A stretch of DNA of 32,000 nt, taken from sequence record OR498732.1; one strand, 5' to 3'. The stretch comes from Salmonella phage STP-SP5. Shown here in pieces: positions 26,164 to 32,000 of this stretch. How positions within the stretch are numbered: the first letter of the stretch is position 1; every line of letters starts with the position of its first letter. Under the pieces are notes generated by a model. The model ran no database searches and was not told where the DNA came from. It saw only the letters and a program-made list of their open reading frames with translations. The translations under genes were made by a program, and so were the position numbers.

Positions 26164-26631
26164 TTATTGAATTGAACCGCGATCAATTAACCATTGTTTC
26201 GCGTGCGCTTTAAAAATAATGCGGTAATCATCAAGACTAATTTCCGCGCGGATAGAATCTTTGACTTCATACCACTGCCATTCACCGTTACTAAAGACAA
26301 CCGGATTTAATGGCAGTACTACTTTCCAGCCCCGGCGTTCCACCTTGTACATAAGCACCGGGTAACGCCCCAGCTCTTTAGCAGAGACAACAGTCTGCTT
26401 CCACCATGTGTTAACCTGTGGTTTAGCGTGATTCTTCACCTCTACAGCATGGTGGCAGGTATTGCTAATGTCACAGCCACCGACTGCGCTTTGGTTCTGG
26501 TTACGCTGTGCAATAGGTTTTTCAGGTAACTCCATGCCCAGCTCTGCATAAATTTCAGCGTATATGTTATTAAAGAAGTCGCATACCTCCCTCTCACCCC
26601 GTTGACCTTTTGCACGAATATTTACGGTCAT
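26164..26631 (-). CDS. nuclease of Holliday-junction-resolvase-like type
   Basis: KGQRGEREVCDFFNN...AQRNQNQSAVGGCDI...HHAVEVKNHAKPQVNTWWKQ (E-GGxD-ExK pattern). Confidence 0.7.
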   Translation of the reverse strand: MTVNIRAKGQRGEREVCDFFNNIYAEIYAELGMELPEKPIAQRNQNQSAVGGCDISNTCHHAVEVKNHAKPQVNTWWKQTVVSAKELGRYPVLMYKVERRGWKVVLPLNPVVFSNGEWQWYEVKDSIRAEISLDDYRIIFKAHAKQWLIDRGSIQ

Positions 26632-26633
26632 TA

Positions 26634-26936
26634 TTAAATCTCCTTCAAAGACTCACCAATAATCCGCTTAATTTTACACAAACGACGGACTTGAGTAAAG
26701 AAGGCTTCGTTCTTCCACGGGCAACCGAAATCACCTGTGGTAATTGGCTGCATAAAGCCGGGTAGACAAACGCTAGCACTAGCTGTCACGCCATCAGATT
26801 CGTCATTAACGGTAATAACATAATCCTTGTTCATATTTCTCATAATACAACCAGACTCAACACCTGTACCCATGTAACGTACTTGCACGGACCAACCGGA
26901 TTGAGCCAGTTGATCTTTAAATTCTTCATATCTCAT
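26634..26936 (-). CDS. hypothetical protein
   Basis: 100 aa ORF directly upstream of the resolvase-like gene. Confidence 0.7.
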   Translation of the reverse strand: MRYEEFKDQLAQSGWSVQVRYMGTGVESGCIMRNMNKDYVITVNDESDGVTASASVCLPGFMQPITTGDFGCPWKNEAFFTQVRRLCKIKRIIGESLKEI

Positions 26937-27007
26937 AAGAACCTCAGAAGTTGAATATAAAACAGTTCAGTAACTATGTTATATTGAACCCCTTTGATCG
27001 CAAGGAA

Positions 27008-27040
27008 CAAAAAAGCCCAGGACATAAATCATCCTGGGCT
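27008..27040 (-). terminator. intrinsic terminator
   Basis: Minus strand AGCCCAGGA-TGATTTATG-TCCTGGGCTTTTTTG (9-bp stem plus T6). Confidence 0.88.
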
Positions 27041-27303
27041 CTCTTGATATCGGATAGCTTACTTTGACTGCCGTCTTCGTCTATCCTGGCCTAACCCAAC
27101 CTCGCCAAAGGCTGTGACGGTTTGGTACATCTGGCGCCGTCTATATACATCGTTTCCATCGTTCAGTAAGTTGTGGGTTTATCCTGTCCACTCCAGGAGG
27201 TCTAGCGCAATTGATCGGCATAAGGAGGTTATAACTACCAATTGCAAAGACCCAGATTAAACATCGTTCAGTGTAGTTAAATTGTTAAGACTCGTTAACA
27301 TAG
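27010..27303 (-). ncRNA. putative structured phage small RNA
   Basis: TTGACA-17-TAATAT promoter immediately 5', intrinsic terminator at 3' end, no ORF over about 26 aa with a ribosome site, several complementary segments. Confidence 0.5.
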
Positions 27304-27308
27304 TTCAC

Positions 27309-27337
27309 ATATTAAAGGTAGCAATCTTGAATGTCAA
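27309..27337 (-). promoter_or_regulatory. sigma70 promoter
   Basis: Minus strand TTGACA-17 nt-TAATAT (consensus -35, 5/6 -10). Confidence 0.8.
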
Positions 27338-27340
27338 GCA

Positions 27341-27649
27341 TCAATCTTGCGCGGTATCCTTTTCCGCTGGTTTAATTACTGTACCATCTATAAGCATGAA
27401 CTCAAAGCCTTTTACCTCATAAGTTGGGACCAGTGCCTTACCCATAATAGTGATTACAGTGTGGGTATCATCCTTTAATACCGGGTAAGATATATCACAC
27501 CAGTGATGAAAATGTGGGTCACATCGAATATCCATATATGTCTTAAAATCAACTAGAACCCGAACAATATCTTTTCTTCTATCATCATATTTTTCAGATT
27601 CATACATTTGTATATACATTGCTTCACATATCTTATTGATAATACTCAT
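27341..27649 (-). CDS. hypothetical protein
   Basis: 102 aa ORF overlapping the next start. Confidence 0.65.
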   Translation of the reverse strand: MSIINKICEAMYIQMYESEKYDDRRKDIVRVLVDFKTYMDIRCDPHFHHWCDISYPVLKDDTHTVITIMGKALVPTYEVKGFEFMLIDGTVIKPAEKDTAQD

Positions 27650-28071
27650 TTTTCTTCTCCCACAATGCGGTTAGCTTCGGTCCACATAATTTCACCGTAT
27701 TTATCAATGCAAGACCGAGCGAAATATCCATCACCATAGCAAAAGTTCATCATGCTACGATATTTACCTTTACCCTGAATACGCCGAGCATCGTCCAGGC
27801 ACTTAGCGGACGGCATTCTTTTACCTGAGGCAGCTTTTGTGGCTTTTGGTTTTTCCACCTGGACATCTTTTGACTCCTTTACTTTACCGTTCATGAAGCG
27901 ATAGCCGTTTCTTTTAGCAACAGAACGAGCTTCCTCTTCGGTAATCATAAATACTGTATGATGCCCAGGTTCCAGAATTTCAGTCGGAGTTATGCAACCA
28001 TAACCGACTTTCATATAGAGATGACCAATATTCATTTCAAAGTAATGTAAGTATTTCATTTTATACCTCAC
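27646..28071 (-). CDS. hypothetical protein
   Basis: 141 aa ORF; C-terminal ...FCYGDGYFARSCIDKYGEIMWTEANRI. Confidence 0.75.
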   Translation of the reverse strand: MRYKMKYLHYFEMNIGHLYMKVGYGCITPTEILEPGHHTVFMITEEEARSVAKRNGYRFMNGKVKESKDVQVEKPKATKAASGKRMPSAKCLDDARRIQGKGKYRSMMNFCYGDGYFARSCIDKYGEIMWTEANRIVGEEK

Positions 28072-28082
28072 AGAAAGTACAA

Positions 28083-28637
28083 TTAAGATTCTTTTCCATG
28101 CCTAAGACTATAACCTAGTTCATGTTCTTTAGCAAATCTTACTTTAATAGCTTCATCTTTTGTAGGGTAGCTACCAAGATGTGTCCATTTTCCGTCAATA
28201 TTTATAGCAGCTTGCCAAAGTCCTGTAATAGGATTAAATCTCACACCCGTACATCCGGATGTATTGTTGATGTTCATACGTCTATTCTTTTGGTTATCTT
28301 GTCGCGAACCGTGTTTTATGTTCCACGGACGGTTATTCAACCCATCACCGTCATCATGATCAATTTCTTCAGGTTCTTCATTATAAAGCATCTTCCAAAT
28401 AATGCGATGTTCTAGATAATAAAGACCGTCTAAACCAACAACAATATAAACATTGCGCCCTTTAACGACAGCGCGGCCAGCTTCTTTTCCTGCAAACTGA
28501 GAGTTAAACTTGGAACAAGCCCTTTGAGTTTTAAAGAAGTCTAAAGGCGCTTCCTTCCATTTTAAAATTCCTGTTTCTTCATTATATTCAAATCGATCGT
28601 GTAAATATTCAAATGAAGGTAAAGGTCTAAATTTCAT
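28083..28637 (-). CDS. HNH-AP2 endonuclease (copy 2)
   Basis: EHRIIWKMLYNEEPEEIDHDDGDGLNNRPWNI and TGVRFNPITGLWQAAINIDGKWTHLGSYPTKDEAIKVR; start at MKFRPLPS with a GGGG ribosome site. Confidence 0.92.
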   Translation of the reverse strand: MKFRPLPSFEYLHDRFEYNEETGILKWKEAPLDFFKTQRACSKFNSQFAGKEAGRAVVKGRNVYIVVGLDGLYYLEHRIIWKMLYNEEPEEIDHDDGDGLNNRPWNIKHGSRQDNQKNRRMNINNTSGCTGVRFNPITGLWQAAINIDGKWTHLGSYPTKDEAIKVRFAKEHELGYSLRHGKES

Positions 28638-28645
28638 ATTAACCC

Positions 28646-28720
28646 CTATACCCAATACATTAACCAGAAATATAGTGCTATGAAAATCACACTAGCAAAG
28701 ATCTTAACAAATTCAAACAT
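28646..28720 (-). CDS. 24-aa hydrophobic micro-protein
   Basis: MFEFVKIFASVIFIALYFWLMYWV with ribosome site TTAAGGAG; just upstream of the HNH-AP2 gene. Confidence 0.45.
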   Translation of the reverse strand: MFEFVKIFASVIFIALYFWLMYWV

Positions 28721-28746
28721 CTTCTACTCCTTAACTCTATGACGTA

Positions 28747-28755
28747 ATTATAGCA
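28747..28755 (-). promoter_or_regulatory. extended -10 promoter
   Basis: Minus strand TGCTATAAT about 27 nt upstream of the 28720 ATG; -35 weak. Confidence 0.5.
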
Positions 28756-28876
28756 AAGCTGTGCAGCTAGTCCACTATTATTTAAACTTGAAACACATCT
28801 ACGATAGCACGATTTGCCTAGAGCTATTATCAAAGCTGCGTTACTATATACCCATAGCAACAACGGAGGACACATC

Positions 28877-29074
28877 ATGGTCATGTTAAATAAAGTATAT
28901 TCTGGTCTGGTTATTGATTACAAAATAACTCTACACGGTGCGGAACGCTTTGCCCTGTATGTACGCAGCGACGAACACGGTTGGCAGCTATACGACACGT
29001 ATGATGAACCGGAGGACGCTCAGGCGGACGGTGAAGAGCTAATGTTGCAAGCCGAAACAATATGCGAATTTTAA
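28877..29074 (+). CDS. isolated small + strand gene inside the leftward block
   Basis: Ribosome site CGGAGGA then MVMLNKVYSGLVIDYKITLHGAERFALYVRSDEHGWQLYDTYDEPEDAQADGEELMLQAETICEF. Confidence 0.7.
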   Translation: MVMLNKVYSGLVIDYKITLHGAERFALYVRSDEHGWQLYDTYDEPEDAQADGEELMLQAETICEF

Positions 29075-29080
29075 AAAATA

Positions 29081-29108
29081 AGAAAAGGGTCTAGTGACCC
29101 TTTTTTTA
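29081..29108. terminator. bidirectional terminator
   Basis: AAAAGGGTC-TAGT-GACCCTTTT followed by T-run. Confidence 0.85.
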
Positions 29109-31442
29109 TTTACTCATGTCCCTGAATATTTTTTCAATCGACTCGTCTATATACCAGCCCAACCCTTTAAAGTTTCGTTTCAATGCGTCTTCCCTAGTTA
29201 CCGGGATGAGCGCCCCCATGTCCACGAGCTGCCTTATAGTAATATCCGTTGCCGTACCAGCCCCCATCTTATGATTTTTGAATGCTGCTAAGCCATATGT
29301 TCTACGTGTAATAGATGCCTTTGGAATAATTCCATCAGCCCTTAGTTCTTTGCGGTCACATGCAACTTTACCCGCAAGATAATCCTCACATAGTTGGCAT
29401 ATTGCTTTGACGCGTGTTTCATCATCGCCGCCGATAGTACCTTTCTCCCATGCGTTGATCATAATGTCCTGACCATGCGTGACGAAATCAACTGCCCATT
29501 GCATGTGGTTAGGCTGCACCATTGGGTTGATCCAGTTTTCCCCGACCGCCAGCAGAGACGCCAGGCGCAGCGCTTTTAAGTGTGCGCGGTTCCAGGGCTG
29601 ACGGATAGCTTCATCTTTTGTTGCGTTAATGTGTTCATCGCACAATAAGTTGAAATTACGTTCAATCACCGTTGCTTCTGGACTTAACTGTACTGTAATT
29701 GTTTGGTACTTTGCCATCGTGACTAAGGTATGATTAACCAGATGGCAGACCATATCCTTAAGCTGTTGCGGCATTGTTATTTCAGGATTCTCGTTTGCTG
29801 GTACACGATCACCTTCATACTGCACAATGTGAAAACGGGATAAGAATCCATCCTCCATCATTTCACGGGTCAACGCTTCAAAGAATGTATCCGGAGTTGT
29901 TTCCCCCAGTAAACTAAATGCGACGCCATCTGATGTCTGCGTATTGTTCGCCTTATCAGAATAACCCATACCACCAATAACATCCATTGCCCCAGACTTT
30001 TGATATACGTCAGTAATGACCTGTTTCAAGGTATAGTTTGCAGTACCTGCCGGAGCTGTTGCCATACCCTTGATCGTTTTACCGAACTCACCGTTAATAT
30101 TCACGAACGAACTATGCTCAGCGAAACTTTTTCGCAACGCAGGACCGGAAGCATAGTTTGTCATATCAATGAATTCATGGATCTGGGGAAACTGCTCGCC
30201 AATTTGCTTACATAAATAGCTGGGACCGGAGTGAAGCATTTCCTTACCTACCCCAGACCGGGCAATAAGGACAAAATATCCATTCAAGCCCGTATTTGTG
30301 ATAGTGTTCCAGACCTTGCCGCATACACCAGACATAAACGCCAATGCAGCAGTGATTGCAATTTCCTTTACTGGGCGCTGCGAAGCCTTGTAAATATATT
30401 TGGCAATTTCCCCGGTCAGCCCTGGCGGCCATTCAATAGCGGTAGCGTCTATTGATGTACTTTCTGCAATTACAATTTCACCAGATGGGGATACAGTCGT
30501 AACTGGTTGATCGTTAACCTGTTCAATTGTATGGTGTGCAGCTTGCATCCGGGCAGCGTAGTCCCGCGCCAATGCTGCTACGTTTTCCTGGGCTATGCGC
30601 TCGCGCTCCATACGTCCGCGACACATACGCAGACAACGGTCAATATGAACGTTGTTCTTATTAGCCTTCTCACGTTTGCCCAGAGCACTATAACGGAACA
30701 GACGACGACACTGCTCATTAGACTCCGTGTAAAAGGCATACATGGAAATAAGAGCCAGGTCAGCTTCTGACTGTGACGGGAATCCCATTTCAACCCATTC
30801 ACCGTTAAAGAGCTGGGCGTATTTGTCACCGTTGTCCGCTTCAAGCGCTCGCTGGTGAATGGTAGCATCGTCTTCAACTGGATCAACTTCAACCAGATCA
30901 ATTTCATAAGTCTTGCGCTGAAGATCAATTTCGTTGACAAGCATAGTCAAGTAATTGTCACGCTGAGCAACTGGTTTATTGTAGACAGGTTTACCCGTAC
31001 AGATTATGAATCGCTCTTTACTATAAACCTCGACACCATCACGACGGCGACCTTTACCGATATCCCCTCTTAACCACAAGTGGACTCCCAGCCCAGACCG
31101 ACTCACTTCGGTGTATGTGTCGAACGTGGTCATGATCTGCTCGAAGCGACGCAACTGTTCCGGCGTAGTATGTTTCTTGGGATCTTTTTCGTTGGTCGCA
31201 TTTTTAACATCAAGATCAATACAGGTGAACGGGTCATGTTCAGTCAGTACGAAACCAATATAAGGTTTACCGTAATGAGCGGCGCAAGCCATGGCGTTTT
31301 CAAACGTCATAAGCATATCCGGATCGGTAACGTCCGCAGCCATTAAGCGACCAATATCCCCATCCCATACGAGCGGCTTTTTATCGGCGTCCGCTATAGC
31401 CCATTGCGGGAAAGCTTTAATTTCAGCGGGAAACAGTTCCAT
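29106..31442 (-). CDS. primase-polymerase (AEP-like) / DUF3987-like ATPase replication protein
   Basis: FTCIDLDVKN, YTEVSRSGLGVHLWLRG, GVEVYSKERFIICTGK primase-like motifs; second half LIARSGVGKEM Walker A-like region. Confidence 0.75.
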   Translation of the reverse strand: MELFPAEIKAFPQWAIADADKKPLVWDGDIGRLMAADVTDPDMLMTFENAMACAAHYGKPYIGFVLTEHDPFTCIDLDVKNATNEKDPKKHTTPEQLRRFEQIMTTFDTYTEVSRSGLGVHLWLRGDIGKGRRRDGVEVYSKERFIICTGKPVYNKPVAQRDNYLTMLVNEIDLQRKTYEIDLVEVDPVEDDATIHQRALEADNGDKYAQLFNGEWVEMGFPSQSEADLALISMYAFYTESNEQCRRLFRYSALGKREKANKNNVHIDRCLRMCRGRMERERIAQENVAALARDYAARMQAAHHTIEQVNDQPVTTVSPSGEIVIAESTSIDATAIEWPPGLTGEIAKYIYKASQRPVKEIAITAALAFMSGVCGKVWNTITNTGLNGYFVLIARSGVGKEMLHSGPSYLCKQIGEQFPQIHEFIDMTNYASGPALRKSFAEHSSFVNINGEFGKTIKGMATAPAGTANYTLKQVITDVYQKSGAMDVIGGMGYSDKANNTQTSDGVAFSLLGETTPDTFFEALTREMMEDGFLSRFHIVQYEGDRVPANENPEITMPQQLKDMVCHLVNHTLVTMAKYQTITVQLSPEATVIERNFNLLCDEHINATKDEAIRQPWNRAHLKALRLASLLAVGENWINPMVQPNHMQWAVDFVTHGQDIMINAWEKGTIGGDDETRVKAICQLCEDYLAGKVACDRKELRADGIIPKASITRRTYGLAAFKNHKMGAGTATDITIRQLVDMGALIPVTREDALKRNFKGLGWYIDESIEKIFRDMSK

Positions 31443-31878
31443 TACTCATCCTTTTAAACTCTTCATATTGACGTTTATTAGTTTCATAAGCATCAATAGC
31501 GTATTCAAGATCATAAAATTCACCAATGTGGTAAACGTGCCAGCCTCCGTCCTTAACGTATTCCATGTTGACTTCCCAAAGCCCGCGTTTATGATTCCAT
31601 TTAATCCAAGGCTTCTGATTGGACGTTCGTAGGGCTAACCCTTCGCGACTACCACCAAAGTAGTCAATAAGAAATGGAAGTGCTAAATCCGTGATATACC
31701 TTATTGGTTGCGAGCCGGGAATAATACCTTTTATTTCGTACTGGATTTTAACTAACTCACGTTCTGGTAAATCCAAGAAAGCCATAATAGCGCCGAGCGT
31801 GACCGTATCTAAATGAATAATGCGGCTGCGATTAACTTTACGGCTCAGCTTTTCTTTTTTAGTTAACAGCTTTGGCAT
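31423..31878 (-). CDS. AP2-like domain protein without HNH core
   Basis: Start MPKLLTKKEK with GGAG site; C-terminal IKWNHKRGLWEVNMEYVKDGGWHVYHIGEFYDLEYAIDAYETNKRQYEEF fits the AP2 pattern. Confidence 0.6.
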   Translation of the reverse strand: MPKLLTKKEKLSRKVNRSRIIHLDTVTLGAIMAFLDLPERELVKIQYEIKGIIPGSQPIRYITDLALPFLIDYFGGSREGLALRTSNQKPWIKWNHKRGLWEVNMEYVKDGGWHVYHIGEFYDLEYAIDAYETNKRQYEEFKRMSNGTVSR

Positions 31879-32000
31879 GACAAGCTCCAACAATCCGACC
31901 CGCGTGCAAACGTAACACGGGCTCTGCAACATCGCGCACATAGACGTGAACGTTAGCAATTTTAACTTCACCCGGAAGCTTGCCGCGAAGGGAGCACAGC

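Noticed and set aside
27041-27300. Small ORFs (MPINCARPPGVDRINPQLTERWKRCI and METMYIDGARCTKPSQPLARLG) within the putative RNA
   Set aside because: Neither has a ribosome site and both are 22-26 aa with no recognisable features.
1-32000. CRISPR arrays, tRNA genes, rRNA, IS elements
   Set aside because: No regularly spaced direct repeats, cloverleaf-like segments or transposase-like ORFs were noticed; a tRNAscan/minced run would be needed to exclude them formally.

Overview
This 32 kb window looks like part of a tailed-phage genome, probably a siphovirus-like enterobacterial-type phage. A rightward virion block (about 428-5114) contains a Stf-like tail fibre with a C-terminal S74 chaperone/peptidase domain plus small hypothetical proteins. 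It converges at a strong bidirectional hairpin (about 5121-5147) with a long leftward early/replication block (about 5146-31878). That block encodes a family B DNA polymerase, a probable sliding-clamp-like protein, an SF2 helicase, a PD-(D/E)XK nuclease, a DUF669-like protein with a long Q/P-rich tail, a Sak4-like ATPase, an ATP-dependent DNA ligase, RNase H, dUTPase, a resolvase-like nuclease and a primase-polymerase/helicase. Its centrepiece is a 7-deazaguanine DNA modification locus: dpdA-like transglycosylase, folE, queD, a YhhQ-family transporter, queC and queE, with three unknown proteins interspersed. Three free-standing HNH endonuclease genes are present, two of them paralogous HNH-AP2 genes sharing an identical 40-nt stretch, plus a probable AP2-only relative. 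The main non-coding signal is a putative ~290-nt structured RNA (about 27010-27303, minus strand), bounded by a near-perfect sigma70 promoter (TTGACA-17-TAATAT) and a strong intrinsic terminator. It contains an exact anti-Shine-Dalgarno string (CCTCCTTA). Other leads are an apparent -1 frame disruption in the 2934-3640 gene, palindromes next to candidate promoters, and a shared promoter-like motif at two leftward sites. All functional calls come from reading protein motifs by eye; no searches were run.
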